Below, in pieces: positions 1-10,017 of a stretch of DNA of 64,000 nucleotides. This DNA comes from Archaeoglobus sp. (lineage in GTDB: Archaea > Halobacteriota > Archaeoglobi > Archaeoglobales > Archaeoglobaceae). Each line of letters begins with the position of its first letter. The stretch's first letter is position 1. Location of the stretch: contig JACDNU010000005.1 in assembly GCA_017656505.1 (NCBI GenBank), positions 14,739 through 78,738 of the forward strand, read 5' to 3'. The notes beneath the pieces are model-generated. The model saw only the letters and a program-made list of their open reading frames with translations. It did no database searches and was not told the origin of the DNA. Both the position numbers and the translations under genes were made by a program.

Positions 1-247
1 ATAGAGCGGCATCTCTCGTTATGAGCTTTCTACCCTTTTCGGTGAGTTCGTAATAGACCCATTTTCTACCGTTTTCAACTCTTTTCACCATACCAGTTTC
101 ACAGAGCTTTTCAAGATGATATGCAAGCGTGGGTTTGGAGTAACCGGTTATCTTGGCTAACTCAGAAATCGTGTATGGTCTAGACTTGAGCTGAGAGAGG
201 ATTCTACTCCGTGATGTTGTAAAAATATCTCTTAAGCTTCGAATCAC
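1..247 (-). CDS. winged-helix (ArsR/TrmB-like) transcriptional regulator, N-terminal part; gene continues past the left window edge
   Basis: Own minus-strand translation from GTG (245-247): VIRSLRDIFTTSRSRILSQLKSRPYTISELAKITGYSKPTLAYHLEKLCETGMVKRVENGRKWVYYELTEKGRKLITRDAAL. HTH plus wing pattern. Start codon uncertain. Confidence 0.55.
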   Translation of the reverse strand, partial: MIRSLRDIFTTSRSRILSQLKSRPYTISELAKITGYSKPTLAYHLEKLCETGMVKRVENGRKWVYYELTEKGRKLITRDAAL

Positions 248-302
248 AGAGTAAGCTGCTTTCTGATTAAAATAACGTTTTTGGTTATGGTAGAAAAAAT
301 AA

Positions 303-1481
<1,179 letters not shown>

Positions 1482-1564
1482 AGAGTCAAAAAACCAAAAA
1501 CCAAAATTGAACTGGGATTTCAAAACCCCTTTACCCTTTTATCTTCCCTTTCAATTATGTCCGT

Positions 1565-2239
1565 ATGCTTAAAAGATTCACAGCTTACGCCAACATAAGC
1601 GAGGTGACTAGCTACGCTTACTGCCCAAGGCTCTGCTACTTTCGTCAGAGATTCGGTGAAGGGCTGGGAGTTTTGAGCGCCGCCAAAGAGATCTATCTGA
1701 GTCTGAGGAAAGGATTAGATATAGAATGGGCGAAAAACAGATTCCTAAGCCTTGGAGGAGACGAGGAGGTTTTTGAGAGGGCACATGCAGAATTTAATTT
1801 CCTTAAGATTCCAAAACTCAAACCAATTGAGTGGGAGGTTAGCTTGCTTTCAAGAAAATACCGCCTTAAGGGTGTTGTTGATGAGATCGTTTACGATTCG
1901 GGAATTAGGCCCCTTGCTATCTCACTTAAAGCTCCAAAAGAGGGAGTTTGGTTCAAGGACGCGATAAAAGTAGCATCTCAGCTCATTCTTCTTAATGAGA
2001 GTAATTTTGCTGAAGAGAAGATCAAAAATGGTTTTGTCTACCACTGCTTCGATGGAGTTTTAAGAGAAGTAGAAGTTGACAGAAAACTGAGATTTCACGT
2101 GATGAAGCTAGTTGAAAGAGTTTTGAGGTTAAAAAGAGGATTTGTCCCCGAAAGAATCGAGGGAAAAAAGTGTTCAAATTGCACATACCTAGAGAATTGC
2201 AGAGCTACGAGCAGCACCTTTGCTTCGAAATTTTTATGA
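1565..2239 (+). CDS. stand-alone Cas4-like / RecB-family PD-(D/E)xK exonuclease with Fe-S cysteines
   Basis: 224 aa. N-terminal YAYCPRLCYF Cys, GVVDEI ... SLKAPK nuclease core, C-terminal CSNCTYLENC (CxxCx5C). No CRISPR array or other cas genes in the window. Confidence 0.7.
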   Translation: MLKRFTAYANISEVTSYAYCPRLCYFRQRFGEGLGVLSAAKEIYLSLRKGLDIEWAKNRFLSLGGDEEVFERAHAEFNFLKIPKLKPIEWEVSLLSRKYRLKGVVDEIVYDSGIRPLAISLKAPKEGVWFKDAIKVASQLILLNESNFAEEKIKNGFVYHCFDGVLREVEVDRKLRFHVMKLVERVLRLKRGFVPERIEGKKCSNCTYLENCRATSSTFASKFL

Positions 2240-2279
2240 TTTTAATTAAAACAAAAGTAAAATAGCCTAACTCGCTAAC

Positions 2280-3584
2280 TCATTTTAACTCATCGAAGGC
2301 CTTCTTTTGCTTGTACTTGGATATTGCTATTGCAGCTGCTCCACCACCGCCGATGAGAACTGCGATTACAGCACCAATAAGCACGAGTCTATCCCTCTGC
2401 TCGAAGAAGAATGGCTCGGGAGTAGGAGTTGGTGTGGGGGTTGGTGTGGGGGTGGGAGTTGGAGTTTCCTTCGCCTCGTCAATCTTCTTTCTGAGCTCAG
2501 CTATCAGCGAGTTTGCCTGCATGGTAAGGCTTGCGGTCTCATTTATGATGTTGTTTGATCTTTTTATGACATCATCAAACTTGTTCTTCTCAAGGTAATC
2601 AGCGGTTTTATCGTTTTTATCAATTAATGTTGTGTACTTGCTTTTGAGAGTTATGAGCTGGAATTCGTAGCTCGAAGTTGGTATTCCTTCATTCTTGGCC
2701 TCCTGAATCGTGTAGTCGAATTGTACTAAAGTAACTGAGAGCTTTTCAAGTTCTTCCCCAGCTTTTTCATAAATAAAGTTCGCCTTAGCTTTTGATAGCT
2801 CGAAAGCAGCTTTATCAAGCAATTCTTCAACATTCTTCAACTTCTCGTCTGAATCTATGTACTTTCCATCTTTGTAGTAATTCTCCGCAAGGGTTATGTT
2901 ATCCCTTGCCTTTTCCAAATAGTCTTTTGCATCAACCGTTACAGCACCCTCTTCCTCGAGCATAGTTGCGTTATCGCTTAAACTCTGGTATCTCTTCTTA
3001 ACCTCATCAAGATCCTTTGTGAATTGGTTGAGATTCAAGACGCGGATTTCAATGGATGGTAAGACGTTGTCGTCTGCATCAGAGACCTCAATCCAAAGTG
3101 CTTTCACGGTTTCAAGCCGTTTTTCGACAGAGGGGACTGTCCCTTTCACCTCAACCTCTATCTCATCAACCCCTCCCTGCGATCCCGTATCGCCTATGTG
3201 GAAGGACATCTTTATTGTCCCATCAAGGAGTTCACAAGAGTCCTCAGGATTCTGGCATCTGCCATTCAGATACTGATGCTGGATTGACGCTCCAGTTGTT
3301 AGAAAAACGGTTGCTCTGAGTGTTACTCCATCGAGAGACGAATAAACGTAGTAATATCTGTCGTCCAGTTTCACCTTCTTATCATCATCTGCTGGAACAA
3401 CGTAATAAAGAAACTCCAGTCTTTCCCCCGGGTTGTAGTATTCCTTCCCAACACCCTGTGGGTTTGGAGGGCCGAAATCCGATGCATTCAGGTGTTCTGC
3501 TGCCAAGGCAGTCGGAATAAGCGGAAACAACGATACGAGAAGCAAAATAATCAGGCAAATGAGTCCGAGCCTTGCAGCCTTCAT
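2280..3584 (-). CDS. secreted surface protein: signal peptide, beta-rich domain, long helical region, (TP)8 linker, C-terminal TM anchor
   Basis: 434 aa. N-terminal hydrophobic signal ending ALAAEH, TPTPTPTPTPTPTPTP linker, C-terminal LVLIGAVIAVLIGGGGAAAIAI followed by a basic tail. Starts 10 bp after the cetZ stop. Confidence 0.75.
   Translation of the reverse strand: MKAARLGLICLIILLLVSLFPLIPTALAAEHLNASDFGPPNPQGVGKEYYNPGERLEFLYYVVPADDDKKVKLDDRYYYVYSSLDGVTLRATVFLTTGASIQHQYLNGRCQNPEDSCELLDGTIKMSFHIGDTGSQGGVDEIEVEVKGTVPSVEKRLETVKALWIEVSDADDNVLPSIEIRVLNLNQFTKDLDEVKKRYQSLSDNATMLEEEGAVTVDAKDYLEKARDNITLAENYYKDGKYIDSDEKLKNVEELLDKAAFELSKAKANFIYEKAGEELEKLSVTLVQFDYTIQEAKNEGIPTSSYEFQLITLKSKYTTLIDKNDKTADYLEKNKFDDVIKRSNNIINETASLTMQANSLIAELRKKIDEAKETPTPTPTPTPTPTPTPEPFFFEQRDRLVLIGAVIAVLIGGGGAAAIAISKYKQKKAFDELK
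2418..2465 (-). repeat. coding hexanucleotide microsatellite encoding (Thr-Pro)x8
   Basis: Plus strand reads cccagtaggagttggtgtgggggttggtgtgggggtgggagttggagt; minus-strand codons alternate ACN/CCN. Confidence 0.9.
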
Positions 3585-3594
3585 GCTACCCTCC

Positions 3595-4776
3595 CTAGAA
3601 AAGGGGTTCTATGTCTTCATCAAACAAGGCAAGGGTCTTCTCAAGTCTGCTTTTTTCCGCTCCTTCAACCTCTTCCTTAGCTTCTGCAGCAAGTCTTTGA
3701 AGTTGCTTAACTCTCGGAATATCAGTTACATTTGCCAGCACAACCAAAGCTGCCACGTATTTAGTTCTTCTCGTCGGATAGTCGCCTGCTCTAACCTCCA
3801 CTCCTGAGATCTGCTCTTCGAGCCATAGCTTCGCCTTCTCTATCCCTTTCCTGTCAAGATGCTCTGGTGGGCCAGCTACAAGCACCAAAGCTTTCTCAGC
3901 ACTTCGAATATTGCACGGAACAGATAATCTGCCAAGGGCCGCTCTTCTAACGAGAGAGGCGATCTTCATCGACTTATCCTCATCATAGGTTCCTTTGTTC
4001 TCTTTCTTGAATATGCTCTTTAAGCTGAACTTCCTCTTCCTTTCCTGCGTTTCCGCCATTGACGTTGCGTAACCGATGGAGGAGATTCCCCCTCCCTTAA
4101 ACGTGTTGATAACTTCCGAGCTGTCTACAACCATCTCTCCAACCATTCCCTCTTCTATCGGCTCTCCAGCCCTTGCAAGAATCGCAAGCCTTCTTACGAT
4201 CTCCTCATTTATCTTCGCGAATGATTCCTTTAAACTCGTTCCTTCAAACTTCCAAGCCCCGTTGTCGATTAGGATGAGATTATCAACATACTTCAAAAGG
4301 GTGATTACACTCCTCGCAGCATTTAAGGAGTAAAGCTTCCCTTCTTCAGGGGCTGGGAGGATTCCTACAGCGTAAACGGGCTCAGAATACATTTCGCTAA
4401 GATATCTCGCCAAAACCGGGCTTCCACCGCTACCCGTTCCACCTCCGAGCCCGGTGATGATCAGAAAAGCATCAATATCATGGGTTCCTTTCTCATCTAT
4501 CGCATTCAATATCGTTTCGATCTCATCCTGAGCAATTTTCGCACCCATCTTGTTGTCGGTGCCTACTCCGTGCCCTTTGACAACAGTCTGACCGATGAGG
4601 ACCCTGTCCTTCATGGGTATATGATTAAGACCCATCAAGTCCGTTCTAGCGGTGTTCACAGCAAGAGTATGGAGTTTTATTCCCGCTCCTCTCTTTTTCT
4701 CGTTCTCGACAAATAAATCGAGGATCTTGCCTCCTGCCTGACCGAAACCAATTGCAAAGAATCTCATTTTTTCCAC
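3595..4776 (-). CDS. cetZ: CetZ-type (FtsZ/tubulin superfamily) cytoskeletal GTPase
   Basis: 393 aa. FAIGFGQAGGKI N-terminus, tubulin signature GLGGGTGSGG, acidic C-terminal tail. Confidence 0.85.
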   Translation of the reverse strand: MEKMRFFAIGFGQAGGKILDLFVENEKKRGAGIKLHTLAVNTARTDLMGLNHIPMKDRVLIGQTVVKGHGVGTDNKMGAKIAQDEIETILNAIDEKGTHDIDAFLIITGLGGGTGSGGSPVLARYLSEMYSEPVYAVGILPAPEEGKLYSLNAARSVITLLKYVDNLILIDNGAWKFEGTSLKESFAKINEEIVRRLAILARAGEPIEEGMVGEMVVDSSEVINTFKGGGISSIGYATSMAETQERKRKFSLKSIFKKENKGTYDEDKSMKIASLVRRAALGRLSVPCNIRSAEKALVLVAGPPEHLDRKGIEKAKLWLEEQISGVEVRAGDYPTRRTKYVAALVVLANVTDIPRVKQLQRLAAEAKEEVEGAEKSRLEKTLALFDEDIEPLF

Positions 4777-4972
4777 CTTTTCTTTGTTGTTATCCGATTT
4801 ACAATTTAAGGCTTTCTGTTAATGATAATGATGTATTTATAATCCAGCCTGAACTTAAAGTTTTTGGAAGTTTTTCTTGAAAATTTGAAAATTATTTTCT
4901 TTCATGCAAGAAAGACGTTGAATTAGGCCAATTTCCTGTTGACTTCTGACTCCAAAATGAGGGATTCTGTCG

Positions 4973-5965
4973 TCACCTAAATTCGTCAATTTCATAATCT
5001 TTCCAATCTCTAATGCCGATCAGAATCTCAAATTCCTGAGGTGAAAGGATCGGCTTTCCAAACCTTTCCGGATCGTCATAGGTTATTCTGGGGCAGGCTG
5101 TATTTACGTAAACTCCAAAGGGAAAGTTTTCGAGAGCTTCGGGATTTATGTCGTTGAAGTAAATGATCGTTGCCTTTATACCGTTTTTCTCTGCCTGATT
5201 TCTTAGTTTTCTGGCGATCGCCAGTCTTTTCTGCCCAGGTTTGGATGACACGATTATGCCCACACCTTTCTCAGCCACCTCCATCGCTTTGGATATTCTA
5301 AGGAATCTTTTCCTTATAAAATCATCAACGAATTCCTTCCCGAAGGTCCTGAACTCATTGCTCAAGGGATTCCAGAAGTAAACCTTCTTTCTCGTATAGA
5401 TTGCTGCTCCCCTTGCATGGAAATCGCCATCTCCAACGAAGAGGATAGCCCTTGCTTTCGACCTTACAACAGAATAGTTACAGCCAAGCACTTGTCCCGG
5501 AACTCTAACCCTTCCCCTTGGCTTCCCCAAATACACTTTTAAGCCTTTATCCTCGAGAAATTTTTTCAGCTCAGAAAATTTCCACGCGTAGTGGGCTGTA
5601 CCGGCCAAACTAATTTCTCTTTCTTCTATTCTTTCGAGATGATTTGAAATTAATTCGATGCTGAAATCGTAGTAATAGGGAGCAAAAATTACCTTTTTCA
5701 AAGATCTAATGGGGAGGTGTGCAAAATGCACCAAGACGTCAACTTCTTCTGCCAGCATCAAATCTACATCGCATGCTCCGTAGGCGGCGGAAGCTGAAAT
5801 GATTGTTTCAAAACCAAGCTTTTCAAACCTTTCAGCGATTTCTTTAGTGAAGAACTTCAAGCCATCGGGAAGCTGAATGCCGATAACCTTGGCCTTTCTC
5901 CTTTCGAGCTCATCGAATATTTCCTGGAAATTGATTTTCTCAAGCAATTTTTCAGAATTCTGCAT
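4973..5965 (-). CDS. dph2: diphthamide biosynthesis protein Dph2 (2-(3-amino-3-carboxypropyl)histidine synthase)
   Basis: 330 aa. VIGIQLPDGLK, YGACDVD and C-terminal NTACPRI motifs typical of archaeal Dph2. Confidence 0.8.
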   Translation of the reverse strand: MQNSEKLLEKINFQEIFDELERRKAKVIGIQLPDGLKFFTKEIAERFEKLGFETIISASAAYGACDVDLMLAEEVDVLVHFAHLPIRSLKKVIFAPYYYDFSIELISNHLERIEEREISLAGTAHYAWKFSELKKFLEDKGLKVYLGKPRGRVRVPGQVLGCNYSVVRSKARAILFVGDGDFHARGAAIYTRKKVYFWNPLSNEFRTFGKEFVDDFIRKRFLRISKAMEVAEKGVGIIVSSKPGQKRLAIARKLRNQAEKNGIKATIIYFNDINPEALENFPFGVYVNTACPRITYDDPERFGKPILSPQEFEILIGIRDWKDYEIDEFR

Positions 5966-5984
5966 AAATTTGAAAAATAAAGAA

Positions 5985-8246
5985 TCAGAGTTTTCTCAGT
6001 TTATCAAGCATTATCTTCCTTTCAACCCTGTAAATTGTTTCGCGTACCGCCTTAACAGCATCTTGGTTTGCAGAAACGCTGTCTATTCCCAGCTCCACCA
6101 GCTTCTCAACAACATGTGGATAGCTTCCAGCCTGTCCGCAGATCGAAGTCTTAACGCCATTCTCCTTGCAAACCTTTATGACCATTTCTATGAGCTTTAG
6201 CACTGCCGGATGGGTTTCATCAAAGAGGTACGCTACGTTCTCGTTGTTTCTGTCAACGGCAAGCGTGTACTGCGTTAGATCGTTCGTGCCGAAGGAAATG
6301 AAATCTATGCCCTCCTTCACCAGATCTTCGATTATCAAAGCCGATGCTGGAGTTTCGACCATGATTCCGAACTCTATCTTATTCAGGGGCAAACCTTCCT
6401 CGATAAGAATTCGCTTAGCTCTTCTAACTTCCTCAACATTCGAAACCAAGGGCAGCATTATCCCGACATTTGTCAGGCCTTCATCAACAAGCTTCTTTAT
6501 CGCCCTGAATTCAGCTCTCAAATGCTCCTCCTCGAAAAGGTCCCTTCTTATCCCTCTAAAGCCAAGCATCGGATTTGCCTCAATTGGCTCATCCTCTCCC
6601 CCTTCCATCGCTCTGAACTCATCCGTCGGGGCGTCGAGGGTTCTTATCCATACAGGTTTCGGATAAAAGGCTTCGAGGACTTTCTTCATCCCCTGATACA
6701 AAGCATCGACGTAAACATCCATCTGTCCCTCGCGAATGTACTTCATCGGATGCTTTTCCAAGCCAAGAACCATGTGCTCGATTCTGAAAAGGCCTACTCC
6801 ATCAGCCCCAGTTGCAGCAGCCCTCTCAGCAGCTTCAGGAATAGAAACGTTCACCTTGACTTCAGTTGCAGTTATAAGTGGTGCCGATGCTGCGACCTCA
6901 ATTCTCTCCTCTTTCTTGACCTCTTTAACCGCTCCAGCGTAAACAACGCCTTTCTCCCCATCTACCGTAACCGTCATTCCATCTTTAAGAATTTGCGTTG
7001 CTTTTTTGGTTCCAACCACTGCAGGAACACCCAATTCCCTCGAAACTATCGCCGCATGGCAGGTCATTCCACCCTCATCTGTTACGATTGCTGCTGCTCT
7101 CCTCATCGCCGGAACCATGTCCGGAGTTGTCATTGTTGTTACGAGAATGTCTCCCTCCTTAACCTTGGATATTTCCTTCTCGCCCTTAATCACCTTAACT
7201 TCTCCCGTTCCTATGCCGGGAGATGCTCCCAAACCCCTAACAAGGATTTCAGCTTCAGCAGCTTCCTCTTCCGCCACCTCAACGCCTCCTTCTTTCTTCT
7301 TTATTGTTGTTACGGGCCTGGATTGTACGATGTAGATTTTTCCATTCTCTATGGCCCATTCTACATCCTGAGGATTTCCGTAGTGGGATTCGATAATCTC
7401 GCCGATCTCAACAAGTCTAATAACCTCTTCATCACTAAGAACTCTCTCCTTTGATTTCTTTTCATCCAATTCGATTTCAACCGTTTTGCCATTCTTTTTC
7501 GTAATCATCATCGACTTTTCGCCTACCTTAACATCCACAATCTTTCTTTTCTTGCGATCAAAGATGTACGTGTCTGGAGTGACTCTACCGCTAACGATTG
7601 CCTCTCCCAAACCGAAAACAGCTTCGACAATTGTGAGGGGTTCTCCAGTGACAGGATGAGACGTGAACATCACGCCACTCTTCTCGCTGTTTACCATTTT
7701 CTGCACAACAACAGCGATGCTTACATCCTCATGCCTGAAGCCTTTCTGAACCCTATAATAGATTGCTCTGGGCGTGTAAAGACTGCTCCAGCATTTTCTT
7801 ACATAGCGTATAAGATTTCTACCATCAACATTCAGAAATGTATCCTGCTGCCCAGCAAAGCTCGCATCCGGCAGATCTTCTGCTGTTGCTGAGCTTCTAA
7901 CAGCCACATAAACCTTGGATCCTTCCATCCTAACTAGCTGCTCGTATGCTTTTTTGATTTCCATTTTAATGTCTTCTGGCACCGGAGTTGATTCGACCAG
8001 CTTCCTGATTCTTTGCGATACCTTTGAGAGGGTTTCAGTATCCTCAACGTCAAGATTTTCAAGCTCCTTTTCAATTTTCTCCTTTATTCCAGTCTTCTCA
8101 ATAAAATCGCGATAGGTTTTGCTGTCGATAACAAATCCATTGGGGACGGGGATTTCGTTCCTGAAAAGCTCTCCAAGATTTGCGCCCTTCCCTCCGACCA
8201 AAGGGATGTCTTGCTTACCAATCTCGTTGAACCATAGCACACCCAT
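5985..8246 (-). CDS. ppsA: phosphoenolpyruvate synthase (pyruvate, water dikinase)
   Basis: 753 aa. ATP-grasp N-terminus (GGKGANLGEL), phosphohistidine swivel motif GGMTCHAAIVSRELG, PEP-utilizing TIM barrel C-terminus (FISFGTNDLTQ). Confidence 0.95.
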   Translation of the reverse strand: MGVLWFNEIGKQDIPLVGGKGANLGELFRNEIPVPNGFVIDSKTYRDFIEKTGIKEKIEKELENLDVEDTETLSKVSQRIRKLVESTPVPEDIKMEIKKAYEQLVRMEGSKVYVAVRSSATAEDLPDASFAGQQDTFLNVDGRNLIRYVRKCWSSLYTPRAIYYRVQKGFRHEDVSIAVVVQKMVNSEKSGVMFTSHPVTGEPLTIVEAVFGLGEAIVSGRVTPDTYIFDRKKRKIVDVKVGEKSMMITKKNGKTVEIELDEKKSKERVLSDEEVIRLVEIGEIIESHYGNPQDVEWAIENGKIYIVQSRPVTTIKKKEGGVEVAEEEAAEAEILVRGLGASPGIGTGEVKVIKGEKEISKVKEGDILVTTMTTPDMVPAMRRAAAIVTDEGGMTCHAAIVSRELGVPAVVGTKKATQILKDGMTVTVDGEKGVVYAGAVKEVKKEERIEVAASAPLITATEVKVNVSIPEAAERAAATGADGVGLFRIEHMVLGLEKHPMKYIREGQMDVYVDALYQGMKKVLEAFYPKPVWIRTLDAPTDEFRAMEGGEDEPIEANPMLGFRGIRRDLFEEEHLRAEFRAIKKLVDEGLTNVGIMLPLVSNVEEVRRAKRILIEEGLPLNKIEFGIMVETPASALIIEDLVKEGIDFISFGTNDLTQYTLAVDRNNENVAYLFDETHPAVLKLIEMVIKVCKENGVKTSICGQAGSYPHVVEKLVELGIDSVSANQDAVKAVRETIYRVERKIMLDKLRKL

Positions 8247-8527
8247 CGTCTCACCTTGTGCTTTGGTTACCTTGAGATAATAAAAGACTTTTTATGGTAA
8301 GGTTAGTTTTTGGGTTGTCTTGGGTTGTCTTAGTTGTCTCGAGTGTTACTGTTTGTGTCTTTTTTGTCTGTTTGTTTGTTAACTTTTTACCTCTACTCTT
8401 AATACCACTTAATACCACTTTATTAATACCAAGTCCTGCTTTCCCGAGTAAATCGATGAAAGGGTAGAAGATTAGGGTAAAGTCAAAGTAGAAAAAAAAC
8501 TTTATAGTTAAAAAGGTAATATCGTTC

Positions 8528-9700
8528 ATGGATCCTGTAGAGGCCAGAAAATGGCTTCTTCTCTTCATAATTCTAGGCGGGTTGGGAACTGGTTTGATGG
8601 TGAATGCTCCAGCAATCTTCCTCGGCTACGGTTTTGCATATCTTACAATGCTTCTAGCTGCTTGGATTTTCAAACCGAGAGATGCTTTCATTGCTGTCCT
8701 AGGAGCAACTCTGGTAGCACTTCCCTTCTTAATTCTCCCTAAATCGGCTTTCGTGGAGGTTGCAGTGCTGAACGTTCTTGTAAGACCCATCGTCACCTAT
8801 CCGGCCTCGTTGATAAGATGGCGGAAGGGACTGATCGTTTCGACTCTCAGCCTAACGGCTTTGGAGGAATTACTTGCCTTAACCATTGCGATCCTTTACT
8901 ACGGCGACGATGGCATCCATACGGGGTTGGCAATCTTCGGAATTTTCCTAACTCCCTTTGCATACGTTATTTACGCTTCTTTAGAGAAAGAAGGGATCGA
9001 GAGACCAATGGGTGTTTTTGGTGGCCTAATTGCAAGCTTCGCCTTCTACTTCTCACTCTTTGCTTTTCCTGCCATGCTTACGACGATTCTTTCCATTATG
9101 GGTTTGCTGCTGTTCCTTTACTGGCTTTCAAGGGCAAAGTCAGCTGCATTAGCGGCAGTAGGAATCGTTATCGTTGTATTCGGGCTTCTCTTAGGGGGAA
9201 GCTCTCTCCAAGCAAATTTCAAAACCGGATTGTATCCTTTTGAGCCGAAAAGCTGGAGCGACGCCAGATGGATGCAGGAAAATTCCAGCTGCATTCAGAG
9301 GCCTGATGTTTTCGAGGGAACTCATACCCCTTCAAGACTCAGAATAGCCTCCACCTGCGTTGAAACCGTTGGAGTTGTTAGAATTCCCCCTTTCATCGCC
9401 GGAGACGGAGACTACTGCTTTGACATCCTGCCTGAGAACAAGGAATTGCTGGGAGTGGGAAACTACGTGCTAAGAAAGGGTGGTTTGCACATCGAGGTTG
9501 TTCCTGCTGATCAAGAGAGGGTGCTGGGGAAAATAGGAGGGGTTTGCCCAGGAGATGTTGTAAGGGTGAAAGGCGTGTGGGTTGTCGATACCGATCATGG
9601 GATGTGGGCAGAGATCCATCCGGCCGAAAAGATTGAGATCATAAAAGGCAGCAAAGAAAGGTGGCCTGATTGTGTGATGGGAAAGACGTTTGAAGAGTGA
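8528..9700 (+). CDS. polytopic membrane protein with C-terminal soluble Cys-containing domain, unknown function
   Basis: 390 aa. About 7-8 hydrophobic helices in the first 230 aa, then a hydrophilic domain. Confidence 0.6.
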   Translation: MDPVEARKWLLLFIILGGLGTGLMVNAPAIFLGYGFAYLTMLLAAWIFKPRDAFIAVLGATLVALPFLILPKSAFVEVAVLNVLVRPIVTYPASLIRWRKGLIVSTLSLTALEELLALTIAILYYGDDGIHTGLAIFGIFLTPFAYVIYASLEKEGIERPMGVFGGLIASFAFYFSLFAFPAMLTTILSIMGLLLFLYWLSRAKSAALAAVGIVIVVFGLLLGGSSLQANFKTGLYPFEPKSWSDARWMQENSSCIQRPDVFEGTHTPSRLRIASTCVETVGVVRIPPFIAGDGDYCFDILPENKELLGVGNYVLRKGGLHIEVVPADQERVLGKIGGVCPGDVVRVKGVWVVDTDHGMWAEIHPAEKIEIIKGSKERWPDCVMGKTFEE

Positions 9701-10017
9701 TTTCTGGTATTTTTAGTTTTTGGTTTACTCCGTTTTGTCCTTTTTTGACGAAATATCATTTGTTGCATTAAAAATACCTCCGTACTCTCCTCACCGGATG
9801 GTTTTCCCTCCAAAACCCCCTCTAACTCCTATCTAACCTCTACCTTAATCCCCGCTTTAACCTCTAATCCCGAATCCACTGTCCAAACCATAGCTTCACC
9901 TCTCCTCACTTTCTCTATCTCCTTCACTCAAGCAAATTCACATTCCAAAGGTTGCTTTCAAAATCCAAATTTGCTAGGAGGCAAAAATTTTTAATCCTCG
10001 CTGCTCAAGCGGCGGTG

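Noticed and set aside
4801-4972. C/D-box sRNA candidates (atgatg ... ctga) here and in other spacers such as 22085-22165
   Set aside because: The box-like words are present, but they have the wrong spacing or order, and there are no C'/D' pair or terminal stem. I found no convincing k-turn sRNA, SRP RNA or RNase P RNA by eye.
6522-7454. 310-aa plus-strand ORF, together with many other long ORFs antisense to large genes (for example 12138-12665, 25162-25692, 27794-28300 and 46948-47334)
   Set aside because: Each lies entirely inside, and antisense to, a gene with clear family motifs. Their compositions are Ser/Leu/Cys/Arg-rich and unlike real proteins. They are typical shadow ORFs.
8311-8420. 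Possible CRISPR array suggested by the repeated 10-mers; the (TP)8 microsatellite at 2418-2465 was considered for the same reason
   Set aside because: The repeat units are directly adjacent with no spacers, are only 9-11 bp long and occur in 2-3 copies. The 2418-2465 repeat is coding. Nothing in the window has 24-40 bp repeats separated by unique spacers.
8251-8568. 105-aa minus-strand ORF in the ppsA upstream spacer
   Set aside because: It is translated largely from the tandem-repeat, low-complexity tract (KTQTVTLETTKTTQDNPKTNL). It overlaps the start of the 8528 gene and has no protein-like features. I treat it as non-coding spacer.
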